Shown here in pieces: positions 24,501-34,700 of a stretch of 64,000 nucleotides of DNA. The translations under genes were made by a program, and so were the position numbers. The notes below the pieces were generated by a model that saw only the letters and a list, made by a program, of their open reading frames with translations, was not told where the DNA came from and did no database searches. How positions within the stretch are numbered: the stretch's first letter is position 1; each line of letters opens with the position of its first letter. This DNA is from Verrucomicrobiota bacterium (GTDB taxonomy: Bacteria; Verrucomicrobiota; Verrucomicrobiia; Limisphaerales; JADJPG01), in contig JBJOEZ010000006.1 of assembly GCA_046048995.1 (NCBI GenBank), positions 12,606 through 76,605 of the forward strand, written 5' to 3'.

Positions 24501-26996
24501 GTAGCAGGTGGTTTCCGGCCGGTAACGCAGGCCGCGGAAGGTTTCGCCCGTCTCGGTGCTGACGTAGAGGTTGGTGTCGGCGTAACGCCCGGCCCAGCCG
24601 TCCACGAAACCGCACGAGCGCAGGATGATCTTGTCGTGCGTCTCGACCCCGCCCCCGAACCAGTCATAGCGCAGCTTGGCCGGGCCGTAGTCGCCGCTGA
24701 AGCTGAGGCGGAGGGAGTGCTTGGGCGTGCGGACGTTGTCGCGGCTGGCGTTGCCATGCAGCTCGATTTGGCAGGGGAGGGCGAACTCGGTGGTGTTGTT
24801 GGAGGCGATGAGCTCGAGGGAGGCGGCCCGTTCCCAGGCGGGGCCGACGCTGGTGGGGTTGGGATAAATGCCGGTGACGGAGTTCCACAGGCCGTTCTGC
24901 TCGGACACGATGCAGAGCGTGTGGAGGCTGCGCAGGTCGTTGGTGAGGGTGGCCCCGTAGACGGGGTGGTGGACGAGGTTGGAATCCATCCCGTAATCGG
25001 CGGGGTAACCGGCCTGCCAGGCGGCGGGGTAGCCGGGCAGGTTGTTGGACTGCCGGAGGATGTCGCGCAGGAAGAGGTAGCTGTGGGTGTCCACATCGCT
25101 GGGAACGAACCCGGGCTTGAAGGCGGCGGCGCGGACGAAGCTCTGGCCGGTGATGGGGAAGGGGGTGGTGTAGAGGTTGCCGTTGACGGGGCTGGGGGCG
25201 CTGCCATTGGTGGTCCAGCGGATCTGGGCGCCGGCGGTGGCGGTGGTGATGGAGAGGAAGAAGGGGGCGAAGTGGAACCCGCGGTTCACGCTGAACTTCG
25301 TGTCGGCCACCAGGCCGACCAACCCGGGGCCGTTGTTGGTGGCGGGGGTGGGCGGCTGGAAATAGCGTCCGGAAAATTCGGTCGTCTGCTGCGCGGAGAG
25401 CTCGGGCGCGAGGGTGAAGTCCGCATCGCCCGGCGCGACGTTGAGGCCGTGGAGGGCGAGCAGGTTGGTCCCGGCCACCAGGAGGCCGTCCGGCGGGATG
25501 ATGAGGATGTCCTCGGCCAGCGCGGCGGACCGGACGGCGGTGGCGGTGGAATTCCACTGGGGAGCGGCCGGGGCGTTGCGGGACGCGACGGGCTGGCCGT
25601 TGAGGTAGGCGACGAAGCCGTCGTTGCAACGGATGCGGAGGGTGAGGGAGGAAATGCCGGAGGCGCTGGCGAGGACGAAGGGGACGCGGACGTAGGCCGA
25701 GGGACTGTTGCTGAGCATGAGGGCGGCGAGGCCGTTGGTGGGCGCGGTGAAGGACAGCGCGGACACCTGGAGGGCGTTGAGGAAGACCCCCAGGCCGCCC
25801 GTGCTGGTGGTGTCGCGGCGGCCGGCGACCAGCAGCCGCCCGGCGCCATCCACCGTCTGGTCGCCGCTGAAGCGGTGCTGGCTGTTGTTGGTGGGGACGG
25901 CCGTGGCGCTGCCAGCGAAGGTGTAGTTGTCGATGATCTGGGTGCCGTTCACGAACCAGTCCGACACGCGGTTGTTCGGGCTGCCCGAGTCGTAGGACCA
26001 GACCATGACCCGGATGCGCTGGCCGGGGGTGAGGCCGCCGAGGGAGACATCGAGGCCGCCGGTGCCGGTGCCGTCGGGCGAGAAGACAAAGTCCCGCAGC
26101 AGCAGCGACTCAGTGAAGGCGCCGCTGTTGAGGGGGCTGGCGCGGAGCCGGTCGTCGTAGCCGAGCGGGGCGGTGTTGGAGACGGTGACGGTGATGGCGC
26201 CGTAGGCGCGGGTGGTGGCCTGGGTCTGGACGGCGGTGGCGCTGAGGTTGGAGCTGAGAAGGAACGGCTGGAAACCGGCCTCGGTGGTGGAGGCGGGGTC
26301 CTGGCCGCGCTCGTTGAAGTCGAGGGAGAGGATGGGCGTGGTGTTGGCGCCGACCGCGAAACCGACGGGCAGGTTGGTGGAAATCCACCCGGTGTCGTTG
26401 AAGGGAACCTGGCTCCAGGTCAGCCCGAGGGCGCTGTTGGAGGGCACGAAGACCCGGGCGGTGGCGCCGGTGGGGACGAGGGGGGTGACCGCGTTGGAGA
26501 TGCCGAGGCCGTAGGAGACGTTGACCCGCTGGGCCGGGTAGGTGACGGCATCCTCGATCGTGGCGCCGTCCGGCCGCACGAGGGCGAGGTGTCCGCCGGC
26601 CTGTTCGAGGCGGAAGTTGGCGTGCAGCTCAGCCCCGGCCACCGCGCGGTTCTTGCCCGAGGCGAACACCAGCAGGAGGCCACCCGACGGGAGCTGGACC
26701 GCGGGAAAGGTCCACTTCGAAAGGTTGCCGGGCGCGTCGGTCAGCCGCCAGCCGCCGAGGTTGACCGGGGCCGCGGAGTCGTTGAAGAGCTCGACCCAGT
26801 CGGGGGTGTCCCCGTCGGCGTCCCGCAGCCCGCCGTCGTTTTCCGCGAGCAGCTCGGTGATGCGGACGGCGGCCGGGGCGGCGGCGGCGGTGAGGAAAAA
26901 GACCGCGGCCAGGCAGGCCAGCCGCGCCGCAAAATGCACCGCCTGTCCGGTCACGGCAAACCGGGGACGGGCGGGGCGAATCATGGGCCAGACCAT
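21549..26996 (-). CDS. Giant secreted multi-LTD (lamin-tail-domain) / CotH kinase-family protein (about 1816 aa)
   Basis: LTD units include RITELLAEND...PDWVELFNDSAAPVNLGGWRLTD, LTEIMFNP...EFVELKNTG and VVINEILTHSD...IELFNPG. The CotH-like core is HSLRLSF...YLRDVWVKESFRAMG...VHLYLNGLYWGLYQPSERID. TSP3-like DSDGDGLPD/DPDGDGMTN repeats are also present. The start is 26996 or 26984; the track extension to 27377 overlaps the upstream gene. Confidence 0.85.
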   Translation of the reverse strand: MVWPMIRPARPRFAVTGQAVHFAARLACLAAVFFLTAAAAPAAVRITELLAENDGGLRDADGDTPDWVELFNDSAAPVNLGGWRLTDAPGNLSKWTFPAVQLPSGGLLLVFASGKNRAVAGAELHANFRLEQAGGHLALVRPDGATIEDAVTYPAQRVNVSYGLGISNAVTPLVPTGATARVFVPSNSALGLTWSQVPFNDTGWISTNLPVGFAVGANTTPILSLDFNERGQDPASTTEAGFQPFLLSSNLSATAVQTQATTRAYGAITVTVSNTAPLGYDDRLRASPLNSGAFTESLLLRDFVFSPDGTGTGGLDVSLGGLTPGQRIRVMVWSYDSGSPNNRVSDWFVNGTQIIDNYTFAGSATAVPTNNSQHRFSGDQTVDGAGRLLVAGRRDTTSTGGLGVFLNALQVSALSFTAPTNGLAALMLSNSPSAYVRVPFVLASASGISSLTLRIRCNDGFVAYLNGQPVASRNAPAAPQWNSTATAVRSAALAEDILIIPPDGLLVAGTNLLALHGLNVAPGDADFTLAPELSAQQTTEFSGRYFQPPTPATNNGPGLVGLVADTKFSVNRGFHFAPFFLSITTATAGAQIRWTTNGSAPSPVNGNLYTTPFPITGQSFVRAAAFKPGFVPSDVDTHSYLFLRDILRQSNNLPGYPAAWQAGYPADYGMDSNLVHHPVYGATLTNDLRSLHTLCIVSEQNGLWNSVTGIYPNPTSVGPAWERAASLELIASNNTTEFALPCQIELHGNASRDNVRTPKHSLRLSFSGDYGPAKLRYDWFGGGVETHDKIILRSCGFVDGWAGRYADTNLYVSTETGETFRGLRYRPETTCYLRDVWVKESFRAMGWTASRSAYVHLYLNGLYWGLYQPSERIDASYWSQHAGGAEGAWDVLVGNDFNQPPDIVDGTNTSWNAVLALANAGVTNDAAYQAIGAEVDLDNLIDFMLLHIFAESEDWPFHNWYLARRRPTNGLPGTKWTCTIWDQELTLDRLVRRDRTGVGVTGGEVYSPARVYNQLRPWPEFRRQFGDRVQKHLFTGGALTPSNSVARLLGQAALIRSAVVGESARWGDARKTGVPAGQIGTGQTFTRDEYWQPEIDKLSTNFLPRLTADNIARLRATGLYPTVGAPTFSQHGGAVPAGFSLAITHTNPAGTIYYTTDGADPRTYGSGAVAGSAQAYATPLPVNQPTVVRARVLSADSWSALVEATFYPPQDLSRLALTEIMFNPAPTAGLTNSDLLEFVELKNTGTNVLNLSGLVFSGIGFTFTNGTELAPGAFCVLVRDAATFAARHPGVALHGVFAGGLNNAGETLTLSLALGGTVFSVAYNDDPPWPAAADGLGFSLVPRQPGLAQAPDAGADWRASAHPGGSPGADDPEPAIPAVVINEILTHSDPAPPTDTIELFNPGAVPASIGGWFLTDDRAVPRKFRIPDGTTLGAGGFITFSESDFNATPGTNGSFSLSSHGESVHLFSADAAGALTGYGHGFGFGAAPSGVTFGRHLNSVGGESFPAQIARTFNAANAGPRIGPVVFSEIHYHPLLGEEEFIELLNVSTHPVALLEPANPTNTWRVSGLDYALNTNLVIPAGGLLVLAAGNPDEFRAKYAVPAGVPVVGPWLGSLQDSGERLRLERPDVPDTNGTGHIVVEELRYNDRAPWPPAADGGGASLQRLEPFTYGDDPASWIAAQPTPGRRFTSEGPDSDGDGLPDAWEQVNGTQPFVADGGADPDGDGMTNLQEFGAGTHPLDAASVLAVQSVALGQGVFSVQFLAVSNRTYTLLGGAGPTGESWVALTNLPARAVSGPAVFTQPAAGAARFFRVVTP

Positions 26997-27042
26997 ACCA
27001 CAGGGACGACCGGTTGGGGCAGCCCCGGGTGGGGCGCCCCGC

Positions 27043-29868
27043 CTACGGCTCCTGGACGACGCGGTAGAACTGGGTGCTGGTGGCGGGGAAGGGCGCGGCG
27101 AAGGTCGCCTGCACCTGGCTCCCGAGCAGCGGCGTGAACACCGCGTCCGGCACATCGGTCCACGCACCGCTGCCGAGGCTGGGGCGGGACTGGATCTTGT
27201 GGACGGCGCCGATGTTGATCGCGTCGAAGACGAGGGTGATGTCGAGATTCTGGAAGTTGGCGAGGCTGAGGATGCGGATGCCCTTCTTCTCGATGGAGAG
27301 GGCGTTGAGGAAGCAGTTGATGGCGCCGGTGGTGGTGGGCTCGCGGCGGCTCTGGAGGAGGATGCGGCCGGAGGCATCGGACGGCACGTCGAAGGTGAAG
27401 ACGTAGTCGTCGTCGTCCGCGGGCAGGATGGTCCCGATGATCGACCAGTTGTCCATCACGAGGACGCCGTTGGCGGTCCAGTCCGAGATGCGACTGGGGG
27501 TGGGGCTGCCGCTGTCGAAGGACCAGACCATGACCCGGTAGACGGTGTTGCTCTCGAGGAACTCGAGGGTGACATCCATGCCGAGGTCGGGATTGGCGTC
27601 GCGGGCGAAGATGAAATCCTGCAGGAGGCGCTCCTGGGTGAAGGCGCCGTTGTTGGTCGGCGTGGCCCGCTTGCGGCTTTCCAGGAGCACGCCGGTTCCG
27701 GCCAGGGTGACATCCGCCCCGCCGAAGGTCCTGGTGAAGGGGCCAACGCCGGCGCCCGGGAGGGAGAAGGACTCGAAGCCGGGCTCGGTGTTGGCCGGGC
27801 TGTCATCGGCGCCGTTGTTGTTGAAGTCGATCTTGAGGCTGAGGGGCGGCGGCGGGCGCAGGGTCACGGTGAGCACGGCAACCTGGCTGGTCGCGCTGCC
27901 GCCGCCATTGGAGACAATCACGTCGTAGTTGCCGGCGTCGGAGAGGGCCAGGCTGGGCAGGAACAGGGTGGTGTTGGTCTCGTCGGTGAGATCCACGCCG
28001 TCCTTGCGCCACTGGATCTGGAGCGGGCTGGTGCCGATGGCCGCGAAGGAGAAGGTGGCCCGGGACCGGGTCAGCAGCGACAGGCTGGCCGGCTGCTGGG
28101 TGATGGTCGGCGGGATCACCGAGATGGGCGGCGGGACACTGTTGGTGCGGATCTGGTTGATTTCCGTGATGGTGAGGATGCGGTTCCAGACCGCGATGTC
28201 GTCCATTGTGCCCCCAAAGAAGCTGGCCACGGAATTGTTCCGGAAAATGGCGGCCAGCGCGGTCTGGTCGAGCGTCAGGGTGCTGCGGGTGTAGAGAAAG
28301 TCCGTGCCGTCGAGGACGCCATCGATGTAGAGCCGGCCGAAGCCATTGGTCTCCGTCCAGGCCACGTGATGCCAGTTGCCGTCGAAGACCGGGGTGGTGG
28401 AATAGGCATCCAGGATGACGGTGTTGGTGTCGTTGCGGAAGTAGAGCCGGAGCAGGGCGTTGCTGCCGGTGGCATGGGTGCCGAAGGCGACGAGGGGATT
28501 GTTGCTGTTGGTGGAGGTCTCGCAGAAAACGCGCCGGTCGGACTGGCCGAGGCCGGTGCCCTTGACCCAGAAGGCGAGGCTGTAGCCGGGGTTGTTGTAG
28601 ATGGGGAAACCCCCGCGCCGGAGGGCGTATTGGTTGACGCCGTTGAAGGCAAGCCCGTTGCCGAACACGGCCGGCACGCCGAGGAAGGAATTGGTGAACT
28701 CCTGGAAGGGATTGCCGCTGTAGAGGTCCGGGGTGAACAGGCCGTCGCCGATGCCGTTTTCCACGTCAAGCGGCCAGTAGGAGAGCAGGCCCGCGCGCAC
28801 GTCCGGAGCCGGGTCCGGACGGACGGTCAGGACCGCCCCGCTGCTCGTCTCCGAGCCGATGCTGTCGGTCACGCGGAAGCTGTAGGTGCCGGAGTCGGCC
28901 GGGGTGAGGTTGTTGAGCGTGAGGGACTCCCCGATGGCGCCGGGGATTTCGACGCCATCCTTGAGCCATTGCACGCTGACCGGCCGGGTGCCCACGGCGG
29001 CGGCGCGGAAGGTGTAGCGATCGCCCACCATGCGGGTGGCCCCCACCGGCTGGGCGTAAATGTAGGGCTGGAGCTGCGGGATGGGCGTGCTGAGGCTGTT
29101 GTTCATCACCTGCTGCACCTCGGCCTGGCTGAGGGGGCGTTCCCAGAGCGCCACGTCGTCAATCTGGCCGGCGAAGAAGCTGCTCACGGTGGAGCGGACC
29201 AGGCCGCCGATCGTGGTGGTGTTGAAGCTGAACACCCCGGAGGGCGTGTAGCGGAAGACGGCCGGGTCGGGATTGCCGTCGATGTAGAGGCGGCAGTTGC
29301 CCCGGTCATCGACCCAGGCCACGTGGCGCCACGTGTTGTCGAAGACCACGTTGGTGGAGTAAACGTGGTTCATGAGGGTGGCATTGGCGTTGTTGCGGAG
29401 GATGACGTCGAACTTGCCGCTGGTGGCGGCGGCCGTCCCGCTCTGCAGCAGGAGGATCGGGTTTTGCCCGGCCGTCACGCCGCCCACGTTGGTCGCCCCA
29501 AGGCCAAAGAAAACCTTGTTTGTCTGCGCCGGCGCCTTGATCCACATGGCCACGGTGTAGGCGGCACCCGCGCGGTAGACGGGCAAGCCGGTGGCCGCGT
29601 TGTTCGGGGAATGCAGGTTGGTCAGGCACATCGAGGCCCCGTTCAGGGTCACGGCATTGCCAAGCTTGCCGGGGTCGAAGGTCGGCGCGCCCCGCAGGCT
29701 CAGGCCATTGAGCCCCAGGTGGGACGCATCGGGCGTCGTGACCGAGTCGGTCGCATCCATCGGCCAGTAGGCGACGAGGCCGACGCGGACGTCGCCGGGC
29801 TGGGCGCGCAGGCTGGGGACCAGGGCCAGGCAGGCCAGGGCGAGGGTGAGGCAGCGGAGGTTGTTCAT
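27043..29868 (-). CDS. Secreted protein with two LamG (concanavalin-A-like) domains and two Ig (I-set-like) domains
   Basis: The signal peptide is MNNLRCLTLALACLALVPSLRAQ. LamG hallmarks are WRHVAWVDDRGNCRLYIDG...FAGQIDDVALWERPLS, and a second copy WHHVAWTETNGFGRLYIDG...GTMDDIAVWNRIL. Ig units read VSVQWLKDGVEIPG...ADSGTYSFRV and LQIQWRKDGVDL...SDAGNYDVIV. Confidence 0.85.
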   Translation of the reverse strand: MNNLRCLTLALACLALVPSLRAQPGDVRVGLVAYWPMDATDSVTTPDASHLGLNGLSLRGAPTFDPGKLGNAVTLNGASMCLTNLHSPNNAATGLPVYRAGAAYTVAMWIKAPAQTNKVFFGLGATNVGGVTAGQNPILLLQSGTAAATSGKFDVILRNNANATLMNHVYSTNVVFDNTWRHVAWVDDRGNCRLYIDGNPDPAVFRYTPSGVFSFNTTTIGGLVRSTVSSFFAGQIDDVALWERPLSQAEVQQVMNNSLSTPIPQLQPYIYAQPVGATRMVGDRYTFRAAAVGTRPVSVQWLKDGVEIPGAIGESLTLNNLTPADSGTYSFRVTDSIGSETSSGAVLTVRPDPAPDVRAGLLSYWPLDVENGIGDGLFTPDLYSGNPFQEFTNSFLGVPAVFGNGLAFNGVNQYALRRGGFPIYNNPGYSLAFWVKGTGLGQSDRRVFCETSTNSNNPLVAFGTHATGSNALLRLYFRNDTNTVILDAYSTTPVFDGNWHHVAWTETNGFGRLYIDGVLDGTDFLYTRSTLTLDQTALAAIFRNNSVASFFGGTMDDIAVWNRILTITEINQIRTNSVPPPISVIPPTITQQPASLSLLTRSRATFSFAAIGTSPLQIQWRKDGVDLTDETNTTLFLPSLALSDAGNYDVIVSNGGGSATSQVAVLTVTLRPPPPLSLKIDFNNNGADDSPANTEPGFESFSLPGAGVGPFTRTFGGADVTLAGTGVLLESRKRATPTNNGAFTQERLLQDFIFARDANPDLGMDVTLEFLESNTVYRVMVWSFDSGSPTPSRISDWTANGVLVMDNWSIIGTILPADDDDYVFTFDVPSDASGRILLQSRREPTTTGAINCFLNALSIEKKGIRILSLANFQNLDITLVFDAINIGAVHKIQSRPSLGSGAWTDVPDAVFTPLLGSQVQATFAAPFPATSTQFYRVVQEP

Positions 29869-30018
29869 GGCGGTGGACGCAATTCAGCCGGAGGTCAGGC
29901 GGCGGGGACCAGTGGATTAATTAGCTTTATAGCAGGATGCCCCGCTGCAGGCCAGCTGGAATTGGCACCCAAGACCGCAATCGGGGGCCGGGGTTTCCCC
30001 GGGATCAACCCATGCCGT

Positions 30019-30055
30019 CAAACAAAGGCCCCGCCGGGTGATGACCGGCGGGGCC
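30019..30055 (-). terminator. Rho-independent terminator after the PQQ-like propeller gene
   Basis: On the minus strand the sequence is ggccccgccgg-tcatcac-ccggcggggcc (11-bp stem) followed by tttgtttg. It lies 35 nt after the stop at 30090. Confidence 0.55.
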
Positions 30056-30089
30056 GCGGGAGACACCTCGGGGAGGTGCCGGAAAGGGC

Positions 30090-31469
30090 TTACTTCTTGC
30101 CGATGCAGTAGAGGTTCCGGCTGGTGCGAATGAAGAGTTGGCCGTGGCTGAAGGGGATGCTGGCGCGGAGATTGTTCTCGCCCTCGGCCATGGCGGCGGT
30201 GTGGAGGAGCCTGAACTCGTTGCCGCCGGCCTGGACCACGAAGACCTCGCCGGGGAAGTTCATCATGTAGAGCTTGCCATCGGCGGCGGTGGGGCTGGAT
30301 TGGAAGATGCCCTTGGCGGGCAGGGTGCCGGACCAGTGGACCTTCCCGGAGGCATCGAAGCAGACCAGCTTTTTGCGGGTGCCGTTGAGGACGTAGAAGC
30401 GGCCCTGGTAATACACGGGGGTGGGGACGTCGCTGCTGAGGTCCCGGGCATCGAGGGAGCGGCCGGCGGTGGCGGCGTCCTCGGTGCTCTGGATGAAGCT
30501 CTGCCAGGCCACGGCGCTGCGGGGGAGGTTGCCGTTGCCGCCCAGCTTCACGGCATAGACGGGGGCATCCTTGGGGGCGCAAGCCAGCACGATGCCATCG
30601 GCGGCCACGGGGGAGGGCACCAGGCGCCAATGGCCGATGCGGGTGGGGTTCCAGGTGCCCCAGCGCCAGAGTTCCTTGCCGGTGGCGGGGTCATGGCCGG
30701 AGATGCAGTCGCCGCCGGTGATGAGGAGCTCGGTGCGGCCCTGGTGGGTGAAGGGGACCGGGGTGCTGAAGGCCTCGAGCGACTCGGACTGCGCTTCGCT
30801 GGGGCGGATGACCTTCCAGAGTTCCTTGCCCGTCTTGGGGTCGAGGGCGAGCAGGTAGGACTCGATGGGGCCGTCCTTGCGGCCGCGGCCGCTGACGGGC
30901 TCGTTGCGCTGGAGGACCTGAAGATACAGGCGGCCGTCATGGAGGAGCGGGCTGGTGCTGAAGGTCCAGAGGAAGGCGAACTGGCCGTAGTCCTTCTCGA
31001 TGTTGCGGTGCCAGAGCTGTTTGCCGGCGAAGTCGAAGCAGGCCAGGTCGCCGGTGCCGTAGAAGAACCAGACATGCTGGCCGTCGGTGACCGGGGAGGA
31101 ATTGGAAAAGGTGCTCATGCGGTCGCGGCCCATGCCTTCGGCCACCTTGGCCCGCCAGAGTTCCTTGCCGGTCTTGCGATCGAGGGCGATGGCCACGCAG
31201 GTCTTGGCGGCCTCATCGGTGGAGGCGACGAAGACGTGGTCGCCGGACAGGATGGGGGTGGACCCGCTGGGCCCGGGCAGGGGGGCGTTCCACGCCACGT
31301 TTTCCGTGCGGCTGAAGGTGGCGGGGAGGTTCTTTTCCGGGCTCGACCCGTCCTGCTGGGGGCCGCGCCAGCCGGGCCAGTCGGCCGCCGGCAGGCCAGG
31401 GGTGGGGAGGACGAGGGCGGCGAGGGTGACCCCGAGCAGCGGGGCCAGGCGAGAGCTGATGTGTTTCAT
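30090..31469 (-). CDS. PQQ-like (BamB-type) beta-propeller repeat protein, secreted
   Basis: The signal peptide is MKHISSRLAPLLGVTLAALVLPTPGLPAADWPGWRGP. Repeated G-x-ELWR/ LWH blade motifs are present (GKELWRAKV, GKQLWHRN, GKELWKV, GKELWRWG). Confidence 0.85.
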   Translation of the reverse strand: MKHISSRLAPLLGVTLAALVLPTPGLPAADWPGWRGPQQDGSSPEKNLPATFSRTENVAWNAPLPGPSGSTPILSGDHVFVASTDEAAKTCVAIALDRKTGKELWRAKVAEGMGRDRMSTFSNSSPVTDGQHVWFFYGTGDLACFDFAGKQLWHRNIEKDYGQFAFLWTFSTSPLLHDGRLYLQVLQRNEPVSGRGRKDGPIESYLLALDPKTGKELWKVIRPSEAQSESLEAFSTPVPFTHQGRTELLITGGDCISGHDPATGKELWRWGTWNPTRIGHWRLVPSPVAADGIVLACAPKDAPVYAVKLGGNGNLPRSAVAWQSFIQSTEDAATAGRSLDARDLSSDVPTPVYYQGRFYVLNGTRKKLVCFDASGKVHWSGTLPAKGIFQSSPTAADGKLYMMNFPGEVFVVQAGGNEFRLLHTAAMAEGENNLRASIPFSHGQLFIRTSRNLYCIGKK

Positions 31470-31727
31470 GGCGTTGTTGGAGTAGGCACCGTGGAAAACC
31501 CGCCAGCGGTGAACCGGCGGGCTTTTAAGCCGGCCTTCGACGCAAGACAAGGTTGAACCATTGAAGGCAAGATTCGATGGGCGGCCGGGCCCGCGCGGGC
31601 CCGTTGGGCGGGAAGTCCGCATTGCCCCAGCACCCCGGGGATGGTAGACAGAGGAGTTCCGTCACGCACCCCCGGCCCGGCTGCGCCGTAACCGATTCCG
31701 ACCCGGGGGGTCGTAGCGGCCATCTTC

Positions 31728-34700
31728 ATGATGATCCTGTCCTTGCGCACGCGGGGTTTCCTGCGGCTGTCCACAACGCTGTGGTTGTTCCTGGGTGCCG
31801 TTATCCCGCTGCCCGCGCAGTTGTCCCTCGACCGGGAACCCCCGGGGCCCTGCACCCGGAAGACCGGGCTGGTCATCACGGAAATCTTCTATGGCCCGAA
31901 GGTCAACCCGGCCCGGACCAACGAGAGCCCCGAGTTCATCGAGGTCTACAACGCGCATGCCTGGGCCGAGGACCTGGGCGGGTTTGCCATCGAGGCGACC
32001 GCCTTCCGCTACACCTTCCCCTCCAACACCGTCCTGCCCTCCAAGGGCTACCTCGTCCTGGCCCGCCAGCCGGGCACCGTCATCACCAATTATGGGACGA
32101 ACTTCACGGTGGTCGGGCCCTGGCCGGGGGCGACAACCAACCGGCTGTCCCCCGAGCGCGACACCGTCCGGCTGCGCAACCGGCAGGGGGCGGTCCTGCT
32201 GGAGATCAACTACCAGGATTCCCCGCCCTGGCCCGAGGGGGCCGACGGCACCGGCCATTCCCTGGTGCTGGCCCGGCCTTCCTACGGCGAGGACGACTTC
32301 CGCGCCTGGGCGCAGAGCGACGTGGTGGGCGGATCGCCGGGGCGGATGGACCCAATGCCGGTCGAGCCCCTGGCCAGCGTGGTCATCAACGAGTGGCAGA
32401 ACCACAGCGATCCGGACGACTGGATTGAGCTCTACAACCGGAGCAACACCGCGGTGGACCTCTCCGGGGCCTGGCTGAGCGACGATCCCTCCACCAACAA
32501 ATACCGCATCCCCAACGGCACCATCATTCCCGCCCGCGGGTTCCTGTCCTGGACCCAGACCCAGCTGGGCTTCGAGCTGTTCGCCGGCGGTGAGACCATC
32601 TTTTTCTGGAACGCCGCCCAGACCCGACTCCTCGACGTGATGGATTTCCGCGGCCAGTCCAACAACATCACGAGCGGCCGCTACCCGGACGGCGGCCCCA
32701 TCACCCAGGGCCTGGCGAACCCGACCCGCGGGGCCGCCAACGCCCGTCCCATGCGCTACGCGGTGGTCATCAACGAGATCATGTACAACCCGATCTCGGG
32801 CAACACGGACGAGGAATACGTGGAGATTCACAACCGCAGCGGGCAGACGGTGAACCTGGCCGCCTGGGAGTTCGTGGTCGGCATCGGCTACATGTTCCCC
32901 AGCAACGGGCCGGCCACCGCCATGCCCCCCGGGGCCCACTGGGTCATCGCGCGCAACCCCGCCGCCCTCGCCCTCATCCACACCAACCTCAGCACCAACG
33001 TCAACCTGTTCGGCCCCTACACCGGCACCCTGGCCAACGGCGGGGAACGCCTCACCCTGGCCGCCGCCGACTACGACAACGTGACCGGCCCGGGCGGCAG
33101 CACGATTGTCGAGCGCCTGCCCGTGCCGGTCAGCGACCTCATCTACGGGGACGGCGGCAAGTGGGGTTTCTGGAGCGACGGCGACGGCAGCAGCCTCGAG
33201 CTGATCGACCCCGAGGCCGACGTGCATCATCCCTCCAACTGGGCCGACAGCAGCGACACCGGGGAGAGCCTCTGGACCCACGTTGAGTGGAACGGTCCCA
33301 TTGGGGAAACGCTCGGCTCCCAGGTCAACGACCGCCTGCTCCTCTACCTGCAGGGCGTCGGCGAATGCCTGATTGACGAGGTGGAGGTCCGGGTCAACCA
33401 GGGGCCCAACCTGGTCGCCAACGGGGGCTTCGAGGACGGGCTGAACGGCTGGACGCTGCAGGGCTCGCACGACTTCTCCACCCTCGAGAACGAGGGCTTT
33501 ACCGGCACGAAGAGCCTGCACCTGCGCGCCGGGTCGCGCGGCGACAACCAGTCCAACCGCATCCTCTCGGCGCCCTTTGCCAGCCCGATCCCGGCGGACG
33601 CCACCAACGTGTCCATCCGCTGCAAGGCCCGCTGGTTCCGCGGCCTTCCCGACGTGTTGCTGCGCCTGCATGGCAGCGCCACCGAGGCCTACGGCCGCAT
33701 GGCCCTGCCCCGCCGGCTGGGCTCGCCCGGCCTGCCCAACAGCCGGCGGGTCAGCAACGCCGGACCCGCCATCTACGACGTTCTCCATCAGCCGATCCTG
33801 CCCGCCGCCGGCCAGCCGGTCGTGGTGACCGCCCGGGCCATCGACAACAACAACCCGGTCACGCTGACCCTGAAATACCGGCTGGATCCCACGCCCACCT
33901 ACACCGGGGTGACGATGCGGGACGACGGCACGGGCGGGGACGCGGTGGCCGGCGACGGCCTGTTCAGCGCCACCCTGCCGGGGCAGGCCACGGGCGTGAT
34001 GGCGGCCTTCTATGTGGAGGGCCGCGACGGCCTCAACGCGGCGGGGACCTTCCCGCACAACGCCTTCCCGGCGCCGGGGTTTGACCGGTGCTGGCCCTAC
34101 GACGCCCGCGTGCGCGAATGCGTGCTGCGCTGGGGGGAGGTCCAGATGGCGGGGGATTTCCCGACCTACCACCTCTGGGTCTCGGCGGTGAACTCCAACC
34201 GGTGGCACACGCGCGAGGTCCAGAACAACACCGAGCTGGACGGGACGTTCGTCTACAACAATGCGCGCGTGATCTACAACGCGCTGCCCCTCTACTCCGG
34301 CAGCCCCTGGCACCGCACCAACGCCCTGACCGGGCCGGCCGGCGTCAACCGCACCGATTACGAGATGAACTTCCCCGGGGACGATGCCTTCCTCGGCAGC
34401 ACCGACTTCGTCCTCAACAACCCCGGCAACGCGGACATCCTCACGGTCAGCGACCAAAGCGCGCTCGGCGAGCAGACGGTCTACCGGATCTTCGAGGGCA
34501 TGGGCCTGATCCACAATCACCGCCGCTACATCCACCTGTTCGTCAACGGCAGCCAGCGCAGCACCGCCTGGGAGCGGCCGGGCAACTTCATTTTCGAGGA
34601 TTCGCAGCAGCCCAACGGCGACATGATCGAGCAATGGTTCCCGGCCGACGCCGGGGGGCAGCTGTTCAAGGTGGAGGACTGGTTTGAGTTCCACGACAAC

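Noticed and set aside
21786-30111. Long plus-strand ORFs 21786-27137 (1783 aa) and 26542-30111 (1189 aa)
   Set aside because: They are antisense to the CotH-1 and LamG genes, whose minus-strand translations carry clear LTD, CotH, LamG and Ig motifs. The plus-strand products are low-complexity GC-artefact sequence.
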